Positions 8,413-18,511 are shown, counted from the first letter of the stretch. The stretch is 42,433 nucleotides of DNA from a virus (IMGVR_UViG_3300020355_000006:1-42433), one strand, 5' to 3'. A program made the numbers and translations. Notes: generated from the sequence alone by a model not told the origin.

Positions 8413-10536
8413 ATGTCCGAACCTCTATTCCAAACATGGGCCAGTGACGCTGAAAAGGGAAAAGTATATGATGACAATGCTTTAGAGGGATATGACGGTG
8501 CCGTTTATCGTTCTCAGGCTCATTATGGTTACAACGGAAATAGGCAGACCTATATAGACGTTGAAACAAATCGCTCTGTACGTCCTAGCTTTAGACGATC
8601 TGATTATGATGCGTTTAGACCCGGCGAAGCCATTCCAAGCAAACAAAAGCGTATAATGTCTATGTGCATGAATGCTTATGATAGGGTTGGAATTATAAGA
8701 AACGTTATTGATCTTATGAGCGACTTTGCTAGTCAGGGTCTTGTGCTTGTACATCCAAATAAAAGCATAGAGAAGTTTTACAGAAAATGGTTTAATCAGG
8801 TTAATGGTACGGACAGATCTGAAAGATTTTTGAACTATCTTTATAGAACCGGAAATGTTGTAGTAAAAAGAAGAACCGCAAAGCTCGACAAGAAAAAAGA
8901 GGCCCACCTAAAGCGTGCCGCTGCTGCTGATATTGTCATAGAAACAAAAAAGGTCAAAAAAAGAGAAGTGCCTTGGATGTATGACTTTCTCAACCCTGTC
9001 GCTATTGACGTTATGGACCATGGGATGCTTGCTGTTGGCAAACCAGAGTTTTATTTAAACCTGTCAAAATACACATATCAATCACTACTAAAGTCCTCAA
9101 CACAAAACAAGAACAGCTTTAAGACTCTTCCGGCAGATCTGCAAAAAAGAATAAAAGATAATGACCGCAGAATACCGTTAGATTCTAACAGCACATTTTT
9201 CTATCACTACAAAAAGGATGACTGGCTTCTCTGGGCTAATCCTATGATTTATGCTATCCTTGATGACATAAATATGCTGGAAAAAATGAAGCTCGCAGAC
9301 TTAGCTGCACTTGATGGAGCAATATCGAGCGTCCGTCTGTGGACTCTTGGTGATTTCGATCAAAAAATTGTACCAACCAAGGCTGGCCTAAATAAGGTTA
9401 GAGACATACTCGCTAGTAATGTTGGTGGAGGCACTATGGATTTGGTTTGGGGTCCAGAGCTTAGCTTTACAGAAAGCCAATCTCAGGTATACAAGTTCTT
9501 GGGGTCAGAAAAGTATCAGCCGGTTTTGACCAGCATCTATGCGGGCCTTGGTATCCCTCCTACTCTTACGGGAGCATCTGCCAGCGGAGGATATACAAAT
9601 AACTATGTATCTCTAAAAACCCTAATCGAAAGACTTGAATACGGTAGAGAAATACTTGCCCAGTTCTGGAGACAGGAAATAGAGTTTGTCAGAGAGGCTA
9701 TGGGATTCAGGTTTCCTGCTGAGATACATTTTGATTCCATTGTTCTATCGGATGAAGCCGCTCAGAAAAACCTGCTTATCCAGCTTGCAGACAGAGACAT
9801 TATATCTCAAGAAACTCTTCTTGAAAGATTCAGAGAGATACCCACCATTGAACGCGTTAGGGTAAGAAGAGAAGAGAGAGAAAGAATGAACGATTCGTCT
9901 GCTCCAAAGAAAGCTGGTCCTTATCATAATCCTCAACATAGGAATGATGTAGTCAAAATAGGTATGACTAAGGATATAGTTGATACGGAAGAGTATTTTG
10001 ATAGACTTGGTATCCCTCATCAGGAAAAAGAAGAGGAGGCGGCACCAAGTCCCAATCCAGTCCAAGAGGAAGTAGAAAAAGAAGAAGAAAGATCAGAGCC
10101 AATTAACGACGAGGGTCGTCCTCCCTTCTCTAGGGACACACAGCCCAGAAAACAAAAGCGTGTTTTACCCCGAAGCGGTGAAGCGACAAGTGCAACCTTA
10201 TGGGCGATTAAAGCACAGGCAAAGATCTCTGATATAATGACGCCCATTGCCTGCTCGCACTTTAAAAAGAAAGACGCTAGGGCCTTAAGCAAGGTGGAGG
10301 TTGACCAGTTAGAGTATTTGAAGCTATGTATTCTTACGGGAATGAAACCATTCGTAGATGTAACCCCTGAGCTAGTCAAAGAACTTGTTGAGGCGGGAAC
10401 AAAACCTAGCTCACAATTCAGTGATAGGGTCGAGGAAAACATAAAAAGCTTCTCTTCTATAAATAACAGGAAGCCAACCGTTCTTGAAACTAGACATATC
10501 TACGCCACCGTGTATGCTGGTATGTCCTGTTTTTAA
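8413..10536 (+). CDS. portal protein
   Basis: Position between terL and protease; helical protein with IYAGLGIPPTLTG portal-like motif. Confidence 0.8.
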   Translation: MSEPLFQTWASDAEKGKVYDDNALEGYDGAVYRSQAHYGYNGNRQTYIDVETNRSVRPSFRRSDYDAFRPGEAIPSKQKRIMSMCMNAYDRVGIIRNVIDLMSDFASQGLVLVHPNKSIEKFYRKWFNQVNGTDRSERFLNYLYRTGNVVVKRRTAKLDKKKEAHLKRAAAADIVIETKKVKKREVPWMYDFLNPVAIDVMDHGMLAVGKPEFYLNLSKYTYQSLLKSSTQNKNSFKTLPADLQKRIKDNDRRIPLDSNSTFFYHYKKDDWLLWANPMIYAILDDINMLEKMKLADLAALDGAISSVRLWTLGDFDQKIVPTKAGLNKVRDILASNVGGGTMDLVWGPELSFTESQSQVYKFLGSEKYQPVLTSIYAGLGIPPTLTGASASGGYTNNYVSLKTLIERLEYGREILAQFWRQEIEFVREAMGFRFPAEIHFDSIVLSDEAAQKNLLIQLADRDIISQETLLERFREIPTIERVRVRREERERMNDSSAPKKAGPYHNPQHRNDVVKIGMTKDIVDTEEYFDRLGIPHQEKEEEAAPSPNPVQEEVEKEEERSEPINDEGRPPFSRDTQPRKQKRVLPRSGEATSATLWAIKAQAKISDIMTPIACSHFKKKDARALSKVEVDQLEYLKLCILTGMKPFVDVTPELVKELVEAGTKPSSQFSDRVEENIKSFSSINNRKPTVLETRHIYATVYAGMSCF

Positions 10537-10564
10537 CCAAGATTTATCACTGTAATTAGTTTTT

Positions 10565-10572
10565 TGTGTATT
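10565..10572 (+). promoter_or_regulatory. putative late promoter motif TGTGTATT
   Basis: Intergenic, 31 nt before the ATG at 10596. Confidence 0.55.
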
Positions 10573-10595
10573 ACCCCTCGGAGGAGTACTCAAAA

Positions 10596-12116
10596 ATGAA
10601 AATTTACCAACAAGAGATAAACGACGGTTTGGAAAAAGCTCTGTCGGCTAATAATACTATAGCATGTTGTGCTCTAGCAGAGTCTTATAATCCTACCGAA
10701 AAAGATATCGAAAATCTAAAGAAGGCCCTTGACTCTAGCGAGGCAGGGAGCGAGTTGGCGATTGCCGAGAACCAAGATCAATTTGATTTATACTATTTAA
10801 AGTCTATCTTGGTTAGTACTGGGTGGAATAAGAATGACGATGTTTTTGATCCCAAAGAGATGTGGGAAGCAAGAAACACCCCAGAGGACAAACCTTTTAA
10901 TTTTATGCACGACGAGAAAGACATAATTGGTCACATCACGGCCAACGAGGTTGTCGATTTTGAGGGAAAAGTTGTTGACGAACAAGATGGCTTACCTAGT
11001 CAATTTAACATAGTAACTTCCGCTGTTATATATACTGAGTGGTCAGATGCCGAACAGCGAGAACGAATGAAAAAAATAACGGCGGAAATAGAAGAGGGCA
11101 AGTGGTTCGTTTCTATGGAGTGTCTTTTTCCTGAGTTTGATTACGCTTTAGCTAATAAGGACGGAGAGACCAAGATCGTTAAAAGAAATGAGGCTTCCGC
11201 CTTTTTAACAAAACACTTAAGATCATATGGAGGAGACGGAATTTACGAAGATTACAGAGTGGGCCGATTGTTAAGAAACTTATCGTTCTCTGGTAAAGGC
11301 TTAGTTTCAAAACCAGCTAACCCACGAAGTGTAATTTTGGAAGGAAATGATTTATTTGATGAATCGAAGGCACAAGTTTTAACTATATCTTCATTAAAGG
11401 AGAACGATATGTCTGAAAGTTACGAAAAGCAGATCACTGATCTGCAATCGCAGTTAGCAGAGTCTAAGGCTGCTAACAAAGCATTAGAAGACAAGATTGT
11501 TGCTGAGCAGCAAGCTGAATTCGATGCTAAACTAACTAACCTTGAAGAAACCATTGCAGAGCAGTCCACAAAGATTGCCGAGCAAGAAGAAGCTTATAAG
11601 GTTTTGGCTGAACAAGTTACAAAGCATGAAGCTACCATTGCTGAAAAAGAAGAAGCTATTGCTTCTAAGCAAGAAGAGCTTGATGTTCTGTACAAAAAAG
11701 AAGCCGTTATGAAGCGTGTAGCCCAGCTTACAGAAGCAGGGTTTGATGCTGAAGAAGCCACAGCTACTGTGGAAAAATTCGAGTCTGTCAACGATGAAAT
11801 TTTCGCTGAGGTTGTTGCACTTGCAGCAGTCAAAAAGAAAGCGGAAATGAAAAAGGATGAGGCTAAGCCTTTTCCTCCTAAAAAGGACGAAGACAAAGAC
11901 GAAGAAAAGGACGCTGAAGCAAAGCCTATGAAAAAGATGGCTGAACTCGACGAAGAGCGAGACGTTGCTGAAGTGGACGAAGAAGCCTTGGCTCAGGCCG
12001 AGGAAACAGAAGAAGTTGCTATCGCAGAAGCGATGGGCGAAGACGATCCTGCGGAAAACCTTCGTTCTGTTGCTAGTGAGTGGCTTGGTTCAGTTTTACA
12101 ATCAAACAACAAGTAA
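10596..12116 (+). CDS. prohead protease fused to coiled-coil scaffold
   Basis: GGAGGAG RBS before ATG 10596 (track GTG start lies in the promoter motif); NFMHD...IIGHI and VSME protease-like motifs; acidic coiled-coil C-terminal half. Confidence 0.75.
   Translation: MKIYQQEINDGLEKALSANNTIACCALAESYNPTEKDIENLKKALDSSEAGSELAIAENQDQFDLYYLKSILVSTGWNKNDDVFDPKEMWEARNTPEDKPFNFMHDEKDIIGHITANEVVDFEGKVVDEQDGLPSQFNIVTSAVIYTEWSDAEQRERMKKITAEIEEGKWFVSMECLFPEFDYALANKDGETKIVKRNEASAFLTKHLRSYGGDGIYEDYRVGRLLRNLSFSGKGLVSKPANPRSVILEGNDLFDESKAQVLTISSLKENDMSESYEKQITDLQSQLAESKAANKALEDKIVAEQQAEFDAKLTNLEETIAEQSTKIAEQEEAYKVLAEQVTKHEATIAEKEEAIASKQEELDVLYKKEAVMKRVAQLTEAGFDAEEATATVEKFESVNDEIFAEVVALAAVKKKAEMKKDEAKPFPPKKDEDKDEEKDAEAKPMKKMAELDEERDVAEVDEEALAQAEETEEVAIAEAMGEDDPAENLRSVASEWLGSVLQSNNK
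11409..12116 (+). CDS. putative nested in-frame scaffold protein (MSESYEKQ...)
   Basis: AAGGAGAAC RBS, like those of other structural genes, precedes an internal in-frame ATG at the domain boundary. Confidence 0.55.
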   Translation: MSESYEKQITDLQSQLAESKAANKALEDKIVAEQQAEFDAKLTNLEETIAEQSTKIAEQEEAYKVLAEQVTKHEATIAEKEEAIASKQEELDVLYKKEAVMKRVAQLTEAGFDAEEATATVEKFESVNDEIFAEVVALAAVKKKAEMKKDEAKPFPPKKDEDKDEEKDAEAKPMKKMAELDEERDVAEVDEEALAQAEETEEVAIAEAMGEDDPAENLRSVASEWLGSVLQSNNK

Positions 12117-12140
12117 TTTCAAAATAAAGGAGATTTCATA

Positions 12141-12629
12141 ATGGCTCTTAAATCAGACCGAAGCACGCTAGCAACCGACATTTCGTTCTTCATGAATGAA
12201 GCACAAACTCGGGGTGGTGTTGCTGTTTTAAGCACTGGAGGTTCTGGTGCATCTATGGATAATGGGGCGGCTAAAGTAGTTTATGCAGCCGATCCATCCG
12301 GTAAAATCCCTGTGGGTCTTTTGGTTAATGACGTAGTTGATATTGACTTGACTCGTCAACACATTAACCAGCACAAAGACGAAGTACAAAAGGGTGGCAA
12401 AGTAACTTTGCTTACCAAAGGATGGGTTGTAACCAACTCTCTGGAAGGTTCCCCTGCTGCTGGAAACCCAGCTTTCTTGGGACACAGTGGTAATATTAGC
12501 CCTGCCGACATCGCTAGCGATGACGCCGATTCAGATGGTTCGGGCCGCGTCGTTGGGAGATTCCTCTCTAGCGTTGACCAAAATGGCTATGCTAAAGTTT
12601 ACATCAACCTTCCTAATACCAACCTATAA
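12141..12629 (+). CDS. capsid decoration/cement protein
   Basis: Small Gly-rich beta protein between scaffold and major capsid gene. Confidence 0.6.
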   Translation: MALKSDRSTLATDISFFMNEAQTRGGVAVLSTGGSGASMDNGAAKVVYAADPSGKIPVGLLVNDVVDIDLTRQHINQHKDEVQKGGKVTLLTKGWVVTNSLEGSPAAGNPAFLGHSGNISPADIASDDADSDGSGRVVGRFLSSVDQNGYAKVYINLPNTNL

Positions 12630-12656
12630 AGTAACATAGAAAAGGAGAACATAATA

Positions 12657-13661
12657 ATGTCAATTAAAGATAGACCTAGCCCAGAATTCATCGAATTGCT
12701 TAAGCGTTCCGGTGATTCAGATAAAGCTGTCGCTATCCAAGCACAGCGAGAGATCGCTAAGGCATTAGAATTGCCTTTGCGTAAAGGTGTTACTTACGGT
12801 GACATCGTTGGTGGTATTTACGAAGCTATGCCACTAGAGCCCGGTGCTACCCCTGAGTTCCCATTGGACCTCTTGGCTCCCGGTACCGAAATTGATCACG
12901 TTGCTTTCACTAATCCGGGCAACGGACGTATTCCAGAACGACACGTCGAAGGTGACTACGTTATGATCAATACTTACGGCATCACAAGCTCGATTGACTT
13001 CTTGCTTAAGTATGCTCGTGAGGCTAACTGGAACGTTGTTGCAAGAGCTATGCAAGTTCTTGAAGCTTCTTTTGTCAAGAAGATCAACGACGATGGTTGG
13101 CACACACTTTTGGCTGCTGCCGTTGACCGTAATATCTTGGTTTACGATGCAGATGCTGCTGCTGGTCAGTTCACTAAGCGATTGGTCAGCCTCATGAAAA
13201 CCGTTATGCGTCGAAACGGTGGTGGTAACAGTGTTACTGCTCCGGGCCGCTTGACGGATCTTTACTTGTCTCCAGAAGCTATCGAAGATATTCGTAACTG
13301 GGGCGTAGATCAGCTTGATGAAGTTTCACGACGTGAAATCTACACCGCTGCTGATGATGGTGGTCCTTTGACTCGAATCTTTGGTGTCAATCTTCATGAC
13401 ATCTTTGAATTCGGTGACAGTCAGGAATACCAAGAGTACTTCGATAACGACCTTGGTGGCTCATTGGCTACTGGCGATGTTGAATTGGTCATCGGTCTTG
13501 ATCAGGGTGCAAGCGACAGCTTTGTAATGCCTGTCAAGAAGGAAGTTGAGATCTTTGAAGACGAAGCTCTTCATCGTCACCAACGACAAGGCTACTATGG
13601 ATGGGCCGAACTCGGATTTGGTGTTCTTGACAACCGAAGAATTATCGCTGGATCATTCTAA
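12657..13661 (+). CDS. major capsid protein (HK97 fold)
   Basis: Synteny, strong RBS, 334 aa, C-terminal GYYGWAELGFGVLD pattern, followed by terminator. Confidence 0.8.
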   Translation: MSIKDRPSPEFIELLKRSGDSDKAVAIQAQREIAKALELPLRKGVTYGDIVGGIYEAMPLEPGATPEFPLDLLAPGTEIDHVAFTNPGNGRIPERHVEGDYVMINTYGITSSIDFLLKYAREANWNVVARAMQVLEASFVKKINDDGWHTLLAAAVDRNILVYDADAAAGQFTKRLVSLMKTVMRRNGGGNSVTAPGRLTDLYLSPEAIEDIRNWGVDQLDEVSRREIYTAADDGGPLTRIFGVNLHDIFEFGDSQEYQEYFDNDLGGSLATGDVELVIGLDQGASDSFVMPVKKEVEIFEDEALHRHQRQGYYGWAELGFGVLDNRRIIAGSF

Positions 13662-13688
13662 GAATGACTGGTTGATGACCTAAACGGG

Positions 13689-13720
13689 AAAAGCCGCTTC
13701 AATATTGGGGCGGCTTTTTT
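13689..13720 (+). terminator. Rho-independent terminator
   Basis: aaaagccgcttcaa-ta-ttggggcggctttttt stem-loop with U tract after the capsid gene. Confidence 0.9.
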
Positions 13721-13727
13721 CGTATTT

Positions 13728-13735
13728 TGTGTATA
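13728..13735 (+). promoter_or_regulatory. putative late promoter motif TGTGTATA
   Basis: Immediately after the terminator, where re-initiation is needed. Confidence 0.7.
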
Positions 13736-13785
13736 CTATGGTGTGGATGCATCACACTTAATAAAATAACAAGGAGCAATAAGCC

Positions 13786-14199
13786 ATGACTGCAATGTCA
13801 AACTATTTAGAAAACAAGTTAATTGATCACCTCCTTAGAGATACAGCCTTTTCTGCACCAGCAAACATGTACGTTGGACTAGCTGGAGCATTCGACGCAG
13901 CAGAGCTAGAAGCCGGAACATTGACTGGCGAGCTTTCTGGTGGTAGCTATGCTAGGGTCAGTGTTAAAGGAGACGCTAACTGGAGTGCCGGAGGTACTAA
14001 TGGCCACACGGACAATGAGAATAACATCTCCTTCACTACCGCCACTGGCGACTGGGGATATGTTAGCGGGTTATTTTTAGCCGACGCTTCATCTGGTGGC
14101 AACGTAATACTTTACGGTGCCCTTACTACGCCTAAAATAGTGGAAAATGGAGACCAGTTCGTTATCTCGGCAGGTGATCTTGACATTACCTTCGCTTAA
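13786..14199 (+). CDS. small virion fibre subunit
   Basis: MSNYLENKLIDHLLR...SYAR...DASSGGNVILYGAL pattern typical of small phage structural proteins. Confidence 0.6.
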   Translation: MTAMSNYLENKLIDHLLRDTAFSAPANMYVGLAGAFDAAELEAGTLTGELSGGSYARVSVKGDANWSAGGTNGHTDNENNISFTTATGDWGYVSGLFLADASSGGNVILYGALTTPKIVENGDQFVISAGDLDITFA

Positions 14200-14221
14200 T
14201 TTTTAAATAAGGTTTTAGGTA

Positions 14222-15808
14222 ATGACACAATATGCACGCCCTGACGCAGACAGTGTTGCTGGAAACTGGGAAAATGAGTCTGGTAGTGGTTCAAATCTCT
14301 ACCAGAGTATAGATGAAAGTACTCCCAGCGACAGTGATTTCTGTATTTCTACAGATGACTTTGGCTCAACCGATACTATGCGTGTTGAGCTTAGTGGTGT
14401 CACCGACCCCACTAGTGCGTCTGATCACAAGGTGGTATATAGAGCAAAAGGTACTGATCCCAGCGGCTTTTATGGTATCCCTACCCTCACTGTAACTTTG
14501 AAGCAGGGCAGCACCACGATAGCAACGGCTACTAATTCTTCTCTTAGTGGCTCTTTCACGGAATATACTATTACGCTCTCCTCCGCTGAGGCTAATAGTA
14601 TAACCGACTATACTGATCTCCTTCTTGAGTTTCAAAGAGGCACAAACTTTGTTGGCGGTGGCGAGACTACTAGCGTTTCTTACGCCGCTTTTGAGTGCCC
14701 AGATGCTGCGGCGACAGATAATACAGAGTTTCGTGTAGGAGATAGGGTAAAAGAAACCACTACCACAACCGGCACTGGGACACTGAGTCTCGGTGGTGCT
14801 GAAACCGGATACCAGACTTTTGTGGCTGGTGTTGGTGATGGTAATATGACCTATTATGTCATAGAAGAAGGCGGAACCACTAACTGGGAAGTTGGAATAG
14901 GTAAGGTAACAGATGCCGGTACTGACACGCTTACTAGAGCCACAGTTATAGCTAGCACCAATAGTAATAGCCAACTTGACTTAGCTGCTGGAACACATAA
15001 TGTGTTTTGTGCGTCTCCATCTAGGATGGAATCAACCGATGTCGTTACCAAGACGACAACCTATACTGTTACTCAATCGGACTCTACTGTATTGTGCGAC
15101 ACTAGTGGCGGTGCGTTTACAGTCACTATGCCTACTGCCGCAGAAGCCTATTCAGGTCTCAAGTTTTTAATTAAAAAAATCACATCAGACGCAAATGTTC
15201 TGACCATATCTTCGGGTGCAACTGACTTTGTAACCGAGAGCGGTTCGTTGTCTTCTACCAAAAAGCTTTTCTGTTACGAGGATTTTATAGAGCTTCAATG
15301 CATCAGGAGAAACACTACCGGCGACTATATATGGTCTACCGTTAATAAGGGGCTTAGAAGTCATGTGGCCGTCGTCACACAAACCACCCAGCAGACGATT
15401 AGCAATGAGACATGGACACAAATTACTTTTAATGAAGACACTATAGAGATTGGTGCTGATGCAGACCACGCCAATAATAAAATCACAATCAAAAGAGCGG
15501 GAACCTATCTAATAGGCGGGTATATAAAATATGTAAGCTTAGACTCATCCTCTACCGGAGCTTGCGTCAAGGTTGGTATAACTCCTGACGGCGGATCTAT
15601 CAGTTATTGGAAGATGGGCACAGCAGCCAACTGGAGTGGTGGCGGCAACGAAGATAAAAGACCAGCTCCGGCTACGTTCTTTGTAAAAGAGCTTGCTGTT
15701 GATGATGTAATCACGCTTTACGCTTGGCAAGACGATAACAGTAGTGAAGTCACACTGGTTTCAAGTGATGAAGGGCGACCATATTTACAAGTTCAGGAGA
15801 TTAGATAA
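14222..15808 (+). CDS. mosaic fibre/receptor-binding protein with C-terminal C1q-like domain
   Basis: Thr/Ser/Gly-rich; DRVKETTTTTGTG module; VLCDTSGGAFTVTMP module; WTQITFN...ITIKRAGTYLI C1q-like end. Confidence 0.6.
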   Translation: MTQYARPDADSVAGNWENESGSGSNLYQSIDESTPSDSDFCISTDDFGSTDTMRVELSGVTDPTSASDHKVVYRAKGTDPSGFYGIPTLTVTLKQGSTTIATATNSSLSGSFTEYTITLSSAEANSITDYTDLLLEFQRGTNFVGGGETTSVSYAAFECPDAAATDNTEFRVGDRVKETTTTTGTGTLSLGGAETGYQTFVAGVGDGNMTYYVIEEGGTTNWEVGIGKVTDAGTDTLTRATVIASTNSNSQLDLAAGTHNVFCASPSRMESTDVVTKTTTYTVTQSDSTVLCDTSGGAFTVTMPTAAEAYSGLKFLIKKITSDANVLTISSGATDFVTESGSLSSTKKLFCYEDFIELQCIRRNTTGDYIWSTVNKGLRSHVAVVTQTTQQTISNETWTQITFNEDTIEIGADADHANNKITIKRAGTYLIGGYIKYVSLDSSSTGACVKVGITPDGGSISYWKMGTAANWSGGGNEDKRPAPATFFVKELAVDDVITLYAWQDDNSSEVTLVSSDEGRPYLQVQEIR

Positions 15809-16309
15809 ATGGCTTTTGTGACAGTTTCACCAGACCAATCAATGAAGGCAATAGTGTCTCTCGCCGGAGCAACTATGGAGCAGGCGGTATATAGGGATGG
15901 AGGACTAGATGTTGAAGGCGTTTCTCAAGCGGATTTAGAAAACGCTTTGGCCACATATATGTCTGATCTAGAAACTTATCTACTAGAGCCAGCCAGAGTT
16001 ATTAGATACGATGTAATATCCTATCAAGCAAACCAATACATTGAACAGTACTATCCCTCGTTTAGAAGGGAGCTTTTTCTAGCTTTGTCCGAAGAGGCTA
16101 GAAACACAGGACTTACCAATAGGTTGGCATACATCAATCAGCTACTAACATGGATAAAGACCGTAGTAGCTCTAGTTATATCTGCCCAAACCGCATTAGC
16201 TTCGGAAACGACTATAAGCGGAATTAGAAACTACGACGTAGACTTTTCAGTATTTGATGCAACGAATCCTAATATAACAGTACAAGCGGCTTTAGCGATA
16301 CCAGACTAA
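15809..16309 (+). CDS. hypothetical protein, possible fibre chaperone
   Basis: Abuts fibre gene; helical composition. Confidence 0.45.
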   Translation: MAFVTVSPDQSMKAIVSLAGATMEQAVYRDGGLDVEGVSQADLENALATYMSDLETYLLEPARVIRYDVISYQANQYIEQYYPSFRRELFLALSEEARNTGLTNRLAYINQLLTWIKTVVALVISAQTALASETTISGIRNYDVDFSVFDATNPNITVQAALAIPD

Positions 16310-16319
16310 GGGGGGTGAT

Positions 16320-17657
16320 ATGACTTACTCAGGAGGCTCTTACAGCTCTGCCCCTTATAGCTCGCTATCTGATGGTGGAACCACACACAATGGTGCAGCG
16401 TCACTGTCTGCGACTGGTTCTGTAGCCGCTGCCGGAAATGTCATTCGTGCTGGTTCAGCGTCTTTATCCGCTAGTGCGTCCGTTGCTTCTACCGCAGGTA
16501 GAGTAAAGCATGGAGCATCTTCTTTATCCGCAAATGCTACGGCTTCTTTTGCTGGTAACATAATAGCGTCTGGATCGTCATCCGTATCGGCCTCGGCATC
16601 CCTGACCTCGTCTGCTTTTGTAACAAAGTTAGGTGCGGCTACTATCACTGCTAGTGCAGCTATTGTTTCCGCTGGCGGTGTAATTAAATATGGAGCATCT
16701 TCCCTGTCTGCTAGCGGATCAGTGTCTTCAGCAGGAAATGTTATACGTTCGGGTGCTTCGTCTTTGTCTGCAACTGCTAGTGTAGCAGCAGAGGGCACAC
16801 AAAGAGATATTGCTTCCGCATCCCTGTCTGCTTCTGCAACCGTAACTTCCGCCGGTTTTGTAAAAAGGTCTGGGTCGGCCTCTTTAACCGCAACCGCGAC
16901 CTTGGAAGCCGCCACTGGAGACACCCACAACGGACAGGCTTCCCTCAACGCCACCGCCTCTATGTCGTCAGACTCAAATATAATCAGGGGAGGTCAGGCG
17001 ACACTATCTGCTAGCGGATCTGTTGTCTCTGTTGGCACGGTAAGAAAGTTTGGTGCCGCCTCAATCTCCTGTAGTGGCACGGTTGTCTCTGCGGGATTAG
17101 TCCAGAAATTGGGAGCGTCGTCTCTTTCTGCAACAGCGTCAATGTCTGCCGATCCGAAAGCCGTAAAGAGGTCTGGAGCTAGTATCTCAGCTTCTGCCTC
17201 TCTAGAGGCTGCCGGTAGATTGGTAGACTACGGAGCCGCCACAATTTCCTGTACCGGAACTGTATCTGCGGGCGGAACGGTAATCAAAAAGGGTTCCTCT
17301 TCTTTGTCGGCTGACGCAAGTGTCTCGCCATCAGGAAAGATAAATAAGTTTGGAAGTGCTTCTATTCAGGGCTCAGCCACAATATCCGCATCTGCCGGAA
17401 GAGTAAAACACGGAGCATCTTCACTAGACGCTTCAGCGAATATAGTTGCGGTAGGTGGAACTGGGCAATTTGGAGCAGCCAGCTTATCGTCTTCGGCTTC
17501 ATTGACCGCTAGGGGCGGAATGGACAGAATTGCGTCTTCAGTAGATTTTATTGTGTATATTAATACAGGATCTGATTTTGTCGCAAATATAGACACATCA
17601 AGGGACTTTGACGCGGAAATAAATATACGAGAAAATATAACATTTAATTTAGGTTAG
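16320..17657 (+). CDS. Ala/Ser/Gly-rich structural protein with 19 tandem 20-aa repeats
   Basis: GAxSLSAxASVxxAGxVxxx periodicity. Confidence 0.75.
   Translation: MTYSGGSYSSAPYSSLSDGGTTHNGAASLSATGSVAAAGNVIRAGSASLSASASVASTAGRVKHGASSLSANATASFAGNIIASGSSSVSASASLTSSAFVTKLGAATITASAAIVSAGGVIKYGASSLSASGSVSSAGNVIRSGASSLSATASVAAEGTQRDIASASLSASATVTSAGFVKRSGSASLTATATLEAATGDTHNGQASLNATASMSSDSNIIRGGQATLSASGSVVSVGTVRKFGAASISCSGTVVSAGLVQKLGASSLSATASMSADPKAVKRSGASISASASLEAAGRLVDYGAATISCTGTVSAGGTVIKKGSSSLSADASVSPSGKINKFGSASIQGSATISASAGRVKHGASSLDASANIVAVGGTGQFGAASLSSSASLTARGGMDRIASSVDFIVYINTGSDFVANIDTSRDFDAEINIRENITFNLG
16392..17531 (+). repeat. 19 x 60-nt degenerate coding repeats
   Basis: Counted manually from GAASLSATGSVAAAGNVIRA to GAASLSSSASLTARGGMDRI with no indels. 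Confidence 0.85.
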
Positions 17658-17666
17658 GGTAAGAAC

Positions 17667-17975
17667 ATGGCAGCAAATGAAATACATGTTAATGACATTG
17701 GCACAAACTTTATCATTACCGTGAAAGAAGGCGGGACCATTGTTAATCTTGCTCCGACCACTTCGGTAAATTTACTTTTAATGGGTCCAAACGATACCAC
17801 CGTAACAAAAACCGCTTCATTTCTTACCGATGGGACTGACGGAAAAATAAAATATCAAACGGTTGCTGGAGACTTAGCGGTTGCGGGAACTTGGAAACTT
17901 CAAGCAAAAGTAAACTATGCGACAACGGTTTACCATAGCGACATTCATAATTTTACAGTATTTAAAAATCTGTAA
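17667..17975 (+). CDS. BppU N-terminal-like Ig-fold adaptor protein
   Basis: DIGT...DGTDGKIKY...GDL..AGTWKLQAKV pattern. Confidence 0.55.
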   Translation: MAANEIHVNDIGTNFIITVKEGGTIVNLAPTTSVNLLLMGPNDTTVTKTASFLTDGTDGKIKYQTVAGDLAVAGTWKLQAKVNYATTVYHSDIHNFTVFKNL

Positions 17976-17998
17976 TAGGTTTAAAAGGGGAAAACAAT

Positions 17999-18511
17999 AT
18001 GGCTTGGACAACAGATTTAGTCCTGATGCTTAGAACGCTTATAGGCGATTTAGATTCGGCAAAATATACAGACACTAGACTACAGCAGGTTTTGGTGATT
18101 GGAGCATATAATGTCATAAACGACGCCCCATTCAACAATAATTATGTCGTTGATATGAATGCCTTGACCATTTCTCCGGATCCTATATCAAAGGTGGATA
18201 CCGACTTTAATGTATTGACCACATACAAAAGTGCGTGCATATTACTTGGTAGCGAAGTTAAAACAGAGTCTTCTAATGCAATATCTATCAAAGACGGCCC
18301 ATCTGCCATTGATCTAAGAGGAGTTACCTCTAGCTTAAACCTAATGTATAAAGACTTTTGTGCTAAGTATGACGAACTACTAAAAAAATACAACTACGAA
18401 AAAGGAAGTGGAGATGGTACGCCAGCCGGAACCGCTATTCTTGGGCCATACAGTCCTGCTAGCTGGGGAGTTGGCTACAACGATAATGGCTTCAATGGTA
18501 GATATTATTAA
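17999..18511 (+). CDS. putative head-tail adaptor
   Basis: LRTLIGD...YTDTRL N-terminus; synteny. Confidence 0.55.
   Translation: MAWTTDLVLMLRTLIGDLDSAKYTDTRLQQVLVIGAYNVINDAPFNNNYVVDMNALTISPDPISKVDTDFNVLTTYKSACILLGSEVKTESSNAISIKDGPSAIDLRGVTSSLNLMYKDFCAKYDELLKKYNYEKGSGDGTPAGTAILGPYSPASWGVGYNDNGFNGRYY

Noticed and set aside
16392-17531. 60-nt periodicity as a CRISPR array or DNA-level repeat
   Set aside because: Conservation is at amino-acid level inside an ORF; there are no identical repeats with unique spacers and no cas genes
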